A stretch of 64,000 nucleotides of DNA. Source: a virus (taxonomy: Duplodnaviria; Caudoviricetes). Shown here piece by piece: positions 12,636-26,051 of the stretch. The stretch lies in the IMG/VR virus record IMGVR_UViG_3300021387_000075; one strand, written 5' to 3'. The notes below the pieces were generated by a model that ran no database searches, had not been told where the DNA came from, and worked only from the letters and a program-made list of their open reading frames with translations. A program made the translations under genes and the position numbers. Position 1 is the stretch's first letter. The number at the start of each line of letters is the position of its first letter.

Positions 12636-15600
12636 TTAGATTGCGATTGTATACATAATATTTAAACCGTTAGCGCTAGCGCCAGCGCCATTAACTGCTG
12701 CTGTTTCGACTTCACCATATTCATTAACATAAGCAAAATTTTCAGCATTGCTACCAGCAATTGCAGAACGTGTCCAATAGTCTTCTGCGCGAACCCAACC
12801 ACCGCGTAAACTACTATTACTAAGATTGCTTGTATTAAATTTCGCATAATCTCCAGTAGTAGGCATAATCTATATACCTAGTGCCTGTATTTCACTATTT
12901 AATACATAAATGTAAGCTTGATTAAAAGTATCAATATAAATATCTCCACTTCTAATTTCACCAGTACTAGCAATACTACTAGCAATTTGTACGTTTGATG
13001 GAATTTGAGTACTATATTCTCTGAAGACACGCATTTTGTTCGATCCGCTCCAAGTTAATGCTTTAAATGGACTACGAATATTCATATAATAAGAATTATT
13101 ATCGCTTGAATTCTAAGTCCATCCGCCAGAAGAGGAATAAGTATATGCAACAACATTATTATTTAACCATGGGAAGTTTCCATCTTCACGTTGAATATAA
13201 GCCGAGACCTTATTTGTTAAATTACCGGCGCTATACTAGAATACATAATCTTTTCCAATTAATGCAGAAGTATCATTTAATGTATAACTTTGACTACCAC
13301 TATTTTGATCATATGAATACATTACTTGAGTATAAGAAATATTCGGCTAGCACATAATTGCTTGAATCTTAGTTGGAAGTCCAGCAAAAATTCGTTTATT
13401 ACATAAAGTTCTTGCTACTGAATAATCTCTTGCACTAAAGTTAGTAATTCCCTATACTCTCGCTTGTGCAATTTTAATATGAGAAGAAGCGGTTAAGGCA
13501 GATAAATAAATTGAAGGAGATACAGCCGCGGTAGAAGAAACTCGTGTAGTACTGGTGCTACTATTCTTTAGTTGAGAAATAGCATATGTAATAGTTTCAT
13601 GCGGCCAGGCCGCTAAACGTTTACATTCTCCTACACCTAAATCTTCAGGCCAATATTTAGCCCAGAAAATAGTTCCTTTACCATTAACTACAGTATTGGG
13701 AATATCATCAGTACTATCTGTTACCTCACTTGTGAGTCGCCCAAAGTTTAAATAAGCATTAGAGTTATAATTAGACCACTCTGGCGTTTCGACTACTATA
13801 TTTTCAGGAGTATTAAGATTTCCATTTAATCCTGAATAGATATAAAGTTGATTACTTCCTTTGGGGTGACGTAATACGATTATATTGCGCTATCCTAAAT
13901 TAGTAGTATTTCCTACTATTCTAGATTGATTTGCTTGACTATACATATCTCCCCAGCCAACACGTAATCCATATATAGAACTATTCAAACCATAGAATAA
14001 ACTTAAACCATTACGAATACCTTCAGTAGTAGAGCCATAGTATACACTAGCTAATACCGCAAAAGATGCATTACTGCTATATGTAGCGTTAGGATTAAAG
14101 CAGTAGTCGATGGCTAATGTAAAGGCATCATTACCAGATTTTAATGGTTGAATTAATGGACGTCCATTGGTACCATCAAAAGCAAAACTATTATCAGTGG
14201 CACTATCGAGGCGTAATGGATTACCACTAACTAAAGTAATTCCTTCTGCTATACTATCATGTCCCATTGTATAAGTAACTCTCTTGCCTGCGGCAATTTT
14301 TTTATCAATGCCATATGTTGACTTACTGCCAGAATCCAATGCTGATAATACCAATAATTGTACTGGGGTTAAGTTATCTAAGTTATCAGCATTAAATAGA
14401 TCATCTATTACTACAGTGCCAGTATCATAGGTCGCATAAATATTATATGTTTCATCTTTGGCTGATGGCGTAATATTTGTTGGTAATTTTTCCCATCCAT
14501 TAAATATAGAATAAGTAGCTTGCCCTTCATTGATATTAATTGTACAAGTTGTCTGCCCTGCATCATGAATTTCAGCTACTGTTGGAGCTTCTAACTCGTA
14601 TCCTTCTCCATAAGCTACGGGCGCAATGCTAGTTTTTACTGGAGTTGAATCATTTTTATTCATAAACCATTTTACATAGTATTCTCTAGCTACCGTATTA
14701 AAGTGAGTTTCAATTACCGTATTCTAACGGATAACTGGAGTACCCGCTTCATATAGCGAAGTTGTAGAACCTGCTAATTGCCAACCAGAATATGGAATAT
14801 ATTTATCATTATTAAGAGCATCAGTACTACCAAATTCGTATGAAACTCTAACAGTAGCATCACGATGTGGCATCTCAGAGAGTGTTCCATCCTCATAAAT
14901 ATCTGGGGCAGGTGCACCATCATTTACATACAGCTCTTTAATAATATCGCCATTTACAATATTACCATCATTATCTTCATAGGCATCATATTTATATGTA
15001 ACCTTATGTTTTGTTTGCTTGGTTCCTGCTGATGTATCAAAAGTTAATCGCGGCCAAACAGTCATATAATTATCTCGTTCAATCTCTGACCAAGCACCAG
15101 TGACATGAATTAATCCGGTAAGATTAATACGGCTAACTGTTTCGCCAGCTTCATTCTGCATTGTACCTAATTCATCTTTTCGATTAGCAAATGAAGCTAA
15201 GCTATTAATATCAATAATACTAGCATGGTTTAAGTTAATTAATTGTAAATTAATTAAATGAGGTAATGCTGTTGCAGCGATGTCCATCCAATTGATAGTA
15301 TCTGAATAGTCACTATCATTTAGGATTATACTATTTAAGTTCGCCATACTACTCTAACCATTCTTATCAGTAAAAGAAATCTACTTTAAGCGTTTTGCCG
15401 CGACCAATACTAAATTAGTAATAGTGGTTGGTAAATATAGATTTTCTATATTGGTGCTACTTGGTAGACTAATAGAGGTTAATGCAGTACCTTGAGCTTT
15501 AATAGTCTTCAATGCTGTTGCACCGGATAGATTTAATGCACCAGTTAAACCATTACAATTCTAAATGTCTAAGACCTCTAGAATAGGACTATCTGAAGAA

Positions 15601-18600
15601 AGATTTAATGTCGTAAATTGATTATTATTATAAGTAGCATTACTAGAGCCAATAATAAGTTTACGTAATTTATGCGTATTACTAAAGCTGTTACCTCTAA
15701 AGTATAGAGAAGCTAAGCTATTAGCATCAACAATCTTTCCATCTTCATCTTTAATGGGCTTACCTGCTAACTCTTGAATATAATCAGCACCATAAACGCG
15801 AATACGAGATTCATTCATGCTACTAAACGGACATTTAATTTCAATTGGCTTTCCGGCCTTGGCGCGATATGGTCCACGTGGGGTTTCTGCGTAGTCAACT
15901 CTAATATACATATCCTAATATGGAGTAATAGTTAAATCCCAATTTGGCATAACTTCTTGGTCGCCAATGGTATAACATACCATATCAAATTGATTATTAT
16001 CAGAAATAATTGGTAAGAAATACTTACTACCAAAATAAGCTGCCTGATTTTTAATCCATTGCCTGCGTTGGTATTTCTTACGACCCTACATCATATCGCC
16101 TAAGAAACGAGTTTCTTTACGAGTTAGGTCAATCTCTTGATATGGATTAGAATCTTTGATTCCCTTATCTCCAGTAAAAGGACGAATATACTTACGTTCT
16201 ACATCTAAACGCCAGATAGCTTCTGGATAGCAACTCTAGAATCTATCGAACTGAACAATAAGATTATTTGGATTAAAGCATTCAGTAGATACGCCTGTAA
16301 AAGCGGCAGTAATATCTGAATTACAATTTTCCCGTAAACGTGACCAGAAAATAGAACCTGCTCCATTAAATACTGGCCCAGATGTTGGATCATCATCTAC
16401 ACGATAATCTGTATCTTCTTTACCATATGGGAAAATTAATTCGCCATTATTATCAATACCCGCGGCGGTATCCATATCGTAAGCCCACATATCAAATGCA
16501 TACTGAGTATAGTAAGTTTTATTGGAATCAATTACAGTATCCTCAGTAGGTTTGAATTGACCTTCCCAAACGCCAGGTTCAGTCGTCTTTTCAGTTACTT
16601 CACCATCGGCTTCTTCATATATATGAAGTAAGTTAGCAGATGGGCGAGAAACAATTCTATGTTTTCCAGTCTGAGCAAAGTGCCAGAATGTATTTTTAGC
16701 ACGGTTATCTATCATTGTATAATAATGAGTGAAGGCATAGAAGTAAGCAACAGAGGATCTAACTGCCCATTGATCTAGTTCATTAACAAATTGTTCATTT
16801 GTACTAGTAACAAGCCAAGTATAGAACTCTTGCCATACTTTTGTATTAAGTGCTAATTGAGCTTTCGCTTTTCCGGTAGTATCATTAACAACTTTACCAT
16901 CACGATAATCACCTTTGCAAGCATAACGCATTTCAAAAGAGTGATTGCCGTCAAAGCCTTCATTCATTAATGACCAATAACGCATATTCTTTGGGTTACC
17001 ATTTTCATCTAAGGCTTCCCATTCTGTTTCCTTATTGATAGGATAGAGATAATCTGTAGTTTCAACGGTAATATCAGCTTCGCTAGAATTAGCAGTAAAG
17101 CTGCCTTCTACAATTTTACCATCATCCATATCCTATTCTAATGTATATGCCTCAATAGTACGTACACCATTCTTCATATAAACACCAGACTAGAACTAGG
17201 AGTTATTGGTATTATTATCAGAAATCTCTAGTGTAAATTCATTCATATCATCTGGATTATATGCACGGGTATAGTCACTCTTTTTAGAATCACCGATATT
17301 TCCTAGTGCATAGAAGTGCCATTCTTTATCATTAAATTCTGTATGGTTCGTATAATTTACTACAGTATAATCACCCATTGTAGTAGTTGTATGTTCATCA
17401 TCATTCTCGCGCACGAAAAGAATTGCAGGAACAAATTCCATATCATTCTTAATACGATTATCGCGTAAATATGCGGGAGAAAGGTAGGGTAAATAGTCAT
17501 TATAACGCTTCTAGAACAATGCATTATTAACATTTTCAGAAGAAGCAATATTAACTTTTAAGTTAAAGAAGTTATTTGGAATTGAAGTTGAAGTTAAAGA
17601 AATCTTTCCAGAATCGCCTTTCCAATTAGTGCAATATTCTGGCTCTTCTTGTTCTTCTGTTCCATAACCTTTAATAACATAAGACTGATATCCTTCAATA
17701 AATCCTTTTCCTGGTTTTATCTTATCGGAAGGATTATGCTCACCATCACAGTTGAATAAGAAGTCAACATTGCGACCGGCATTGCCATACTTATCAGAGG
17801 TAGTACCTTGGCCTGCGTGGTATCCATTACCAAAGAACCAGTTATCTTCCTTACCACGGCTCGGATAAATCGTGCCGCCTTCTGCATGAATACAACGTAG
17901 TGTAGAATATGGAATGAAGTCCTTCTTACTAGTTGTAAAATGCGGAGTATCTAGCATTAAGATTTTAACATCTGGTAATTTCTAAGCTAGACGAACTGGA
18001 TCAAGTGTAGTATCTGGTCCTTCATATGGAGTATAAACTTCAGCCTAAGTATCATAATAAATACAGTTACGATTGTATCTATCTATAGACTCATTTACAT
18101 CTTTACCATCTGCGATAAAGTTACGTAATACTTCTTCTGTAGTTAAGGAAGAATTATAAATACGTATTCTATAAATATACACATCGCAATCATCAGAGCC
18201 AATTACAATTGGCTTAGCATCAGTTTGATATAAAGCTTCAATGTTAGAATATGGATAAGCACGACTTGGGCACCCATCTTCATAAGACATGCAATAAACG
18301 CCGTTAGGTTCAGTTTCTTTATTAATATTAATATCTAATTCAATCTTATCTTCTTCAGAATATGGGAAATATAGGTAAGATTTAGTAGAATCACCAGCGG
18401 CATCTGTCTTTAACCAACCATTATGTACATTAAGCTGAATACCAACTTCTTTAGCGGAAGTACTATCACTTGTTTTACCCATGTTGGTAAACCAAACTGC
18501 ATCTGCTTTGCGTACTGCATCTGTTTTAAAGATGATTTTAAATTCGGTACCATCACGATAAACAACACTAGCGTCAGTAGTAGTTGTACCATCATCACTT

Positions 18601-21600
18601 GACTTGGTATATTTATTAAACATATAGTAGTTAAACATTGCCCTCGTACCGGCTTTTACTAAGAAGTAATCACCATTAATATCGGAGCCGTAACCGCCAT
18701 TATACCAGTCAAAGTTATCAGAAACAGTTAAATTATAATTATCGTTGCTCCATAAACGTTTTGCGGAAGTATTAGTAATACCGGTAGGATTAAAGTCTAG
18801 TACTAAATTAGCAGTCACGGGTGCGATATCTACATTTTGTAGTTCTGTAACTACTAATCTAATGTCGATATAGGATTCTTCACATTTAATTCTTAAAGTA
18901 TGATTACCTACTACATCGGCTCTATAACTCCATGTGCCAGTATTATTATTTGTTAATGTAATTTCATTAATAGAATTTTCAAAATCATCTACATAATAAG
19001 ATACGTTATAATTTCCATTACCACCTGCGATAGTATAAGGAATATCTATTGTACTATATTGTGTTAGAGTCTCTTGATTATTACGATAAGGAGAAGCAAG
19101 TATAATAGTACTGTCTCCTGCCGCCTACCAAATAATATCTCTAAAAATAGAAGCAGATTTAACCATACCGCTATTTGCAGTAAGATAAACTTCTAATTTA
19201 TGAGCACCTGGCTCAGATTGAGCGGGGACAGTATAAGTTTGCGTCGTATTTACTCTTGCCGCTAGGACAACAGTATCAATTTCCGTGCCATCTAATTTAA
19301 AATGTACTGTCTTTTCTACATTACCACTTGGAATGTAATTAAAACTTACTGTATTTCCAGTATTTACAATTGCATTATTTGTAAAATTAGAAGTAATAGA
19401 AAGATTAAATGTATTAATATTCCAAGTTGCCGGGGCAGTAATTGCTGCATTGGAATCTAATGCTACTGTAACTGTTGCAGTATGAGTACCAATTGTAGTA
19501 CAGTATTTAGTAATATCAATAGAATAGAATCCTAATGCCGCAGCCGCTTCAGTAGAAAGTTCTTCATTATTTTCATCAACTGGCCATGTATATGCTTTAT
19601 TTACGGGATCGCCACTAGTAATATTAATTGGAGCATCAAATATACTTACTCCATCTATTGTCAATGTATAACTAGCAGGTTCATTTGCTTCACCACTAGT
19701 AAAGAAGAAACGTAAATAAGTAGCTGTATTACTATTAGCAGCCTTATAAACATTACGAGAAGGCACTTGAATTACTTTTAATGCATTTGTAACCCCACCG
19801 CCGCCACCAGTTGCGGGTAATAAAATACGGCGTAGACGTTTATTGACAATATCATTTAAATTAGTATTATCATCAATAGTATTATCTTCATCATAGTTAA
19901 ATTCATAGATACTTAAATAATTGACAGTGCCGTCATCACTTTCTACAGATTCAATATCAATATTATATTTTTTAGATTCAGGAACGCCAATTTCAATTTC
20001 TGTATCCCCTATCCAACGATAATGATGATAACCATCAGATTCCAATACATAATAATCTGTATTTTCATCTTTTTCTTCTAATGCATTATAATCTTCTAAT
20101 GTTCCTACATAACCAGAAGTATTACCTTCGCCGCTTCCGCCACTAATTAAGTTCCATGAATTATTAATCCACTTATAATAAAAATACTTGCCATCTTCAT
20201 TCGGTCCAACTAAATAATCCTTGGCTTCATCACCAGTTTGCGGCAATTCAGCCACAATTTCAGTAGCGGACTTTGGTTCGGTTTCTAAATCATAAACGCG
20301 AGTTGCTAATGTCTTTGTGTCAGTTAATTTTGCACCGCCATCAATAGCATCCAAACGTTGATCTAAAGTTGTAATATCGCCTTCAGCTGTGTCTAAATCA
20401 GTTTCTAGTACGCTAATACGTTGCTTTAATCCGTTAGGTACTTCGTCATTTTCGCCCTAGACATGGTCGATAGCAGTTTCGATGTCATCAATACGGGTTT
20501 CAGCGCCGATCAAACGTCCATTTTCGTCTTGCCCCATTGCGATTTCTGTTGCAAGTGCAATTACATCAGATGTTAGATCATCAATCTTAGTATTTGTATC
20601 CTTAATATTATGAGTAACATCATCTACCATAGCAAGTTCATTAGCAATGGTATTAATATCAGTGCGTACTTGTGCCGCAGCTGTTTCAATACTATCAAGT
20701 CTATTATCTAATGTACCATAAATTGGATCGCCGCTTTCTTCATCAGTGCCGATTTGAGGACGAGCGTCCCCGACTTCGGTTTCAATCGCGGCTAATCTAT
20801 CATCTAAAGCACTATCTGCAGTCTTGTAAGCGTTGTCCATATCATCAATTAGACCTTTTAGAACTTTACCTTGACGTGCATCTAATACTTTATTATCAGT
20901 AACATCTTGTGCTGGCTCATAAGTTAAACTATTTTCAATATCATCTTTATCAACTTTATGATTAATATTAGTTTCATCAGCATTAAAACGGGCATTTAGA
21001 CTATCATAAGCACCACGACCAGCATTTATTTCAGAAATAACATTTGGTAAAGTACGAGAGGGAGCTGAACCGCCATCAATTGCATCAAAACGCGCATCTA
21101 GCGTACTATCAGGATTTAATCTTGCCTCAGTAATTTCTTGCTATATAGCAGTAATTGTAGTAGTCTCCAATGTATTAATTGCTGATTCAATCGCGGAAAA
21201 TCTTGCTGCTAGCGTATCAGGGCTAGCGCCCTCTTCTACTGCTCTATGAGCAGCATCCACTTCTTCTTTAAGAGCAACTAATTCTTGAATACGAGTTGAC
21301 ATGGAAATTTTTTGCCCTTCAGCATCCACGCCAGTAGCATTTAAAATTGTATCTAAGCTTGCACTTATGGTTGTTAATTGCTAATCAATCTAAGTCATAT
21401 GCTAAGACATATTTGTATTAGCAATACCAGTCACAGGATCTCTGCCTATTGTAGCCGCAGAAAACACTTGTTCATTCATGCTATTAACAAGGGTACTCAT
21501 ATTAGTTAGAACCTTGGAAACAGTATTCTCATTTGTATAAATATCCTTGTATGTTTTAGTTTCCGCATCATAAATTTGCCCAAGTGCCTTTCTTAAATTG

Positions 21601-21998
21601 TCAATAAGCGTTTCATCTGCTTGAAAACGCGTACTTAAATTTGCGTAAGGCGTAGGATCAGCTGCTGTAGTTGCGTTGGTAATCTATGTCATAGCATCAC
21701 GACCAAGAGAACTATCTTGACTAATTCCACTTAATTGCTATGCAATACGATCATCTACCTATTCCTAAGTAAGTTTAGAATTGGCATTACTCTAAACAGC
21801 AGTAACAGCCTACCAAAGAGCCTAATCCTGAAATCCTGACTCTGGACGAGTACCAATGTTTGCATCTAATGCCTTAATAGCTTCTCTATTGATTCCAATA
21901 TGTTCATCAATATGCTCCATCTTCGGCTAAGTAATAGGCTAACCTGGCGCCCAATTAGATCCTGTATAGGCTTGTTTTGCTTCATCACTTATTGCCAT
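12636..21998 (-). CDS. giant (~3120 aa) virion/tail protein with LamG-like, CotH-kinase-like and LRR-like regions
   Basis: Twelve ORF-track fragments lie in one frame; the gap checked (13085-13890) has only TAG stops; motifs IDNRAKN, YDMDT, IGSDDCDVYIYRIRIY; RBS AGGAGG. Confidence 0.8.
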
Positions 21999-22122
21999 TT
22001 ATTTTACCTCCTTTTTCTCAAATTTAAAAGAGACGCCCATTGGGCGCCTCGGAAACATTTTTCCTCAAAATAAAGGGGAGACTATCACATTACTATTTGG
22101 GTTTTTATTACCCTTCCTAAAA

Positions 22123-22545
22123 TTATTTTAAGTGTTCAATTGCATATCCATCATCCGTTGTATAACAAATGGTATGAATCCCGTATTCTCTAATCAATGC
22201 CATACAACTCGCGCACGGACGAGCCAGCGCGGGTGCGCCATTCTTATATTCGCGCGCGACAAATAAAATTACTTTGGAGAAATCAATATCCAAATACTTT
22301 ATTTTACTAAGGACTGAAATTTCTGAATGAATTTTAGGCGGATAGTAACGAGTACTACGGTCTTCATCATATCGTAGATAATTATATTTGGCCTGACTGG
22401 TGTGCGTCTTATCGGTGTTGCATCCCTTTGCCAGAACAGTACCATGATATACAGCTACGCATCCTAATTTTACCTTACTCGGCCCCGTATAAGTAGCCGT
22501 TTTCGCGCAGTCATTAGCCAAATCTAAGTAGTGCTGATAGTTCAT
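22123..22545 (-). CDS. zinc-dependent cytidine/dCMP deaminase-like protein
   Basis: HSE and PCASC zinc-binding motifs. Confidence 0.8.
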   Translation of the reverse strand: MNYQHYLDLANDCAKTATYTGPSKVKLGCVAVYHGTVLAKGCNTDKTHTSQAKYNYLRYDEDRSTRYYPPKIHSEISVLSKIKYLDIDFSKVILFVAREYKNGAPALARPCASCMALIREYGIHTICYTTDDGYAIEHLK

Positions 22546-22633
22546 CTTATCCCTCCTATAAAATTATTATATCATAAATAATTATAAAAGTCAAATGCTA
22601 ATAATAATACATAATTTCGAGGAGGTGAATTTG

Positions 22634-23242
22634 ATGAAAGTCAAGATTACCACAAAAGAAAATATGAAGTATTATGGATGCGAAAAGAATACTATTATTG
22701 ATGTAGATTTAGAAGATTATGTTACTTGCGTTGTAGCGAGCGAAGTAGGTAACGCGAAGTTAGAAGCTTGTAAAGCATAGGCAGTCGCCGCGCGCACTTT
22801 CGCAATTGCGCGAGGAGTGCTTTCTGGAAAAGCGATATCCGACAGTGCCTCAGTAGCACAAGCCTATCGCGCGAATAGAATTAACTATCCAGTTGCTTAG
22901 ATGGCATCCGAGCAAACTATGGGATAGATATTAACATATAATGGGAAACCCATATCTGCGGTATATTGCGGCGCAAATGGCGGCCATACGTATTCTAGTG
23001 AGGAAGTATGGGGCACGAAGCATCCATACTTGGTTTCCTAGTAGGACCCATGGGATAAAGAAACAAAGAAAGGACACGGAGTCGGAATGAGCCAGGCCGG
23101 GGCAATCAATGCGGCAAAATGGGGCAAATCTTATAAAGAAATATTAAATTTTTATTACCCTGGCGCAAAAATAACCCTGAGCCGTCCCGCAATCTTCGAC
23201 CGAATTAGGTCAATTATAAATAAAATAATGGCGAAACTATAA
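22634..23242 (+). CDS. SpoIID/LytB-family lytic transglycosylase (202 aa)
   Basis: [14 protein letters not shown][Q][28 protein letters not shown]. Confidence 0.85.
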
Positions 23243-23260
23243 GCTTCGCCCTTTATTTTT

Positions 23261-23695
23261 TTACTTATCTAAAAGCTCTTCAATTCTATGTTGAAGTCCT
23301 TCACGATTGTCCTCAAGTCGAGTACCAAACCGATTAAAGGCATCAACCATATCACCTAGATGGTTATCTACTGTCTGAATTAGCCGATTAGCACGCTTGA
23401 AGAAACTACGATAGCACTTGTTCTTTGCGCGCGAGAAGGCAATGAGCCGTCCCGCTTCCTCGTTCCATTCATCATCCTTCGAGCATACTGCCTTACCCAT
23501 AAAGGAAGACGGCATTGTAACCATATCAATTCCAGAAGGAGCTGTAAGACCCCATGGAATATCAAAGTTAGTAAAGTGGAAATTTTCATAAATAAAATTA
23601 TATAGCATATCCCTGGTATTAGGAATCACGCATACGACTACACGCTTTTCCTCATCAACATAAAACTTACAATCTGACATCTTAATGCCGTTCAT
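23261..23695 (-). CDS. conserved phage hypothetical protein
   Basis: GKAVCSKDDEWNEEAGRLIA motif; RBS AAGGA. Confidence 0.6.
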   Translation of the reverse strand: MNGIKMSDCKFYVDEEKRVVVCVIPNTRDMLYNFIYENFHFTNFDIPWGLTAPSGIDMVTMPSSFMGKAVCSKDDEWNEEAGRLIAFSRAKNKCYRSFFKRANRLIQTVDNHLGDMVDAFNRFGTRLEDNREGLQHRIEELLDK

Positions 23696-24238
23696 TTTCC
23701 TTTTTCTCCTTTTTAATTTTTCTATTACAATAAGCACATAGAGTTACTTGTGGCGCATATACGCGCCCGCATTTAGGACAAACCCATCCATAGAGACGGA
23801 ACCATTGCTGGTTCATATAGGTTACAATATCGTCTGTCATTATATTCTCCTTATCGTTCTAACAAATTCTTGCGCCGCTTCGAGACTCTTGTACTAATAA
23901 AATCTATCATTAAAATCATCTGGTTCATCAAAGGCAAGCGGGCGCATTAGCTTACCATCCTATACTTCACATTCTTTTATAGCCCACCACTAATTATTAT
24001 GGTAGAAGATTTGACGTGCGGCTTTCTTATCGAATGAGTTATATTTATTGTAAGTATCGACTATAAAACAAGTCATTTAACTTCTTCCCAACTCCATCCT
24101 ACATGCTCCATAATGGAGTCATATACGATGTCGTCAATTTCATATTCGTTCACATCATCCGGGACTTCAATAACGTCTTCGACCGCCGTATCATCTACCT
24201 GCAAATAAACACGGATTTTCTTCATACTTATTCTCCTT

Positions 24239-25009
24239 TCATTTATGAAACACTATATCATTTATGTAATCTGGATGCTCGTGGAAGATTGGAATATTCT
24301 CATGTAGTTCCCATTTCATACGATAAACATTTTCATTAACCAAGGTAGGTTCTTGTTTCGCGCAAACGCCACGTTTTAGACCCAGTGGATAGTTATTCCA
24401 ATTAATACCTACCTGCGTGCAAAGCATATTTTGAATATCGTTACAAGATTTATGATCGAGTTCTTTATGAGAGAAATAAGCTTGGCCCACAGACTGGATA
24501 GAATTGCGCGTGCAGTCCTGCTGACGCCATTCAAAGCAATTAAGTACTTCCTCGCGTGGTACGATGAAAGCGCGCGAATCAAAGAGAGCAAGGCGCTCAT
24601 GTTCATATGCATAATTCAGGCCATCAGAAGCATGACCTTCTTGTACCACTTTTGCTACTTCGTTATTGAAGAAGTTGGTAGCCATTGCGGCGGAAACGCT
24701 TACAATTTTTTGCAGATTCTTTCCAAACCAAGCATCGGTTTCAAAGGTATCGTCATCAGTGATAAGGATAGTGATTTCATCCGACTGCGTATAAGCAAGC
24801 TTGGCGCCCATAATATTTTCACACAGGCGCAGCATTGTATTACGCATACAGGTAAGAAAACTTATGTCGAATGGGCGATCGAATCCTTTAGTGAAGCTAT
24901 GAAAATGTACTCCATCCAGTCGAACAATGAGGGGCTCGCGCCGAGTAAGATATCTCCGTTCGATGTTTTCATAAGCTTTCATGCGGTCGCCCAGCGAGGT
25001 TTTATCCAT
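24239..25009 (-). CDS. tRNA(His) guanylyltransferase Thg1-like protein
   Basis: LGDRMK.YE, RLDG..FH.FT, YTQSDEI, FDSRAF, WRQQDC.RNSI. Confidence 0.93.
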   Translation of the reverse strand: MDKTSLGDRMKAYENIERRYLTRREPLIVRLDGVHFHSFTKGFDRPFDISFLTCMRNTMLRLCENIMGAKLAYTQSDEITILITDDDTFETDAWFGKNLQKIVSVSAAMATNFFNNEVAKVVQEGHASDGLNYAYEHERLALFDSRAFIVPREEVLNCFEWRQQDCTRNSIQSVGQAYFSHKELDHKSCNDIQNMLCTQVGINWNNYPLGLKRGVCAKQEPTLVNENVYRMKWELHENIPIFHEHPDYINDIVFHK

Positions 25010-25021
25010 TTTTATTCTCCT

Positions 25022-25228
25022 TTACATAATAAATACATCGAGATAATCGGGTTCAAGGCCAAGGTCGCAGCGAAGAATATCTTCTGCCTCGTCCAGACTA
25101 CCATTCATAAAGGCCAATTCCATTGCGGCGGCCGCATCGCGCACGGCGGTGAGGGCGTCCTTATAGGTGATACCATCACGCTTAGCAATCATCATAGCAA
25201 GTTCCTCAGGTGTTCTCGGCATTTTCAT
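25022..25228 (-). CDS. hypothetical protein
   Basis: RBS-preceded MKMPRTPEEL..LGLEPDY. Confidence 0.55.
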   Translation of the reverse strand: MKMPRTPEELAMMIAKRDGITYKDALTAVRDAAAAMELAFMNGSLDEAEDILRCDLGLEPDYLDVFIM

Positions 25229-25475
25229 TCTCCTTCCTCCAAGCAATTTCATAGCAACTAGAAGTGCGGTCTTTGGAAACTTGGTAGCCATTTGATTTTA
25301 GAAAATCAATTACTCGCTGCTCGATTTCATCATCCCCGCTACCGTCCCAATAGCAGTAGTCTTCGCCATGTTTGGCGCATTCTCTAATCTCATACTCAAT
25401 ATTGCGTAAAATGGTCTTATACTTATGCTCTCGACCGCGTTCAGTTCTAAGCATTACTTGTTTAGCGCTCCACAT
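25206..25475 (-). CDS. hypothetical protein
   Basis: ORF behind TTGACT..TATAAT promoter at ~25505-25532. Confidence 0.55.
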   Translation of the reverse strand: MWSAKQVMLRTERGREHKYKTILRNIEYEIRECAKHGEDYCYWDGSGDDEIEQRVIDFLKSNGYQVSKDRTSSCYEIAWRKENENAENT

Positions 25476-25574
25476 CGTCTTACTTCCTTTCCTCTTTTTC
25501 TATATTATAGCAGAAATTTGAAAAAAAGTCAAATAAAAAAGTCCCGTATACTTAAAAAGTATACGGGATATAAA

Positions 25575-26036
25575 TTAATTTTCTTCTGCGTCTGGTTTAA
25601 CCCAACTCTCTTGCTTATGCGTGATACCGCTAACGCCAGTAATTTTCGCGGCAACAAAGGTCATATCTGGGAATTTACTATTTCCATATCCATATTCCAT
25701 ATGAGTATGATAGGAACGATTGGCATCGTCAAAGTTCTGGCATACCTCAATACCTTTGGTATAGGTTTCGCCGCTATGACGAATATAATGAACGAAGAAA
25801 TCAGAACCTTCTTCGTTAGTCCAAGTCTCGTTGTAACGAGAAACGATGTTATCATTCTCATCTGTTACCATACAGGAAACAAAAGTCGTATTAGGATATA
25901 GTGGGTTATTATACGCCATTTTCATCTGCGCGTGAAAGGACTGGATCGCGGCATCTAGGGTATCACGAACCTCAATGCCAGCCGTGTAAGTGCCATTATC
26001 CTTACGAATACGATGTAAGAAAAATTTATTTTCCAT
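25575..26036 (-). CDS. protein with internal tandem duplicated domain
   Basis: FFLHRIR..YTAGIEV repeated as FFVHYIR..YTKGIEV. Confidence 0.7.
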   Translation of the reverse strand: MENKFFLHRIRKDNGTYTAGIEVRDTLDAAIQSFHAQMKMAYNNPLYPNTTFVSCMVTDENDNIVSRYNETWTNEEGSDFFVHYIRHSGETYTKGIEVCQNFDDANRSYHTHMEYGYGNSKFPDMTFVAAKITGVSGITHKQESWVKPDAEEN

Positions 26037-26051
26037 ATTTTATTCCTCCTC

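Noticed and set aside
2915-21998. Diversity-generating retroelement
   Set aside because: Mtd_N-like domains are present, but no reverse transcriptase or TR/VR pair was seen
1-22000. Fragmented ORFs as pseudogenes or a decayed prophage
   Set aside because: Interruptions checked are all TAG, frames never shift, and TAG maps to conserved Gln
24431-25261. 276-aa plus-strand ORF and similar long antisense ORFs (e.g. 41238, 44112, 50835)
   Set aside because: Shadows of well-supported genes on the other strand; no RBS or motifs
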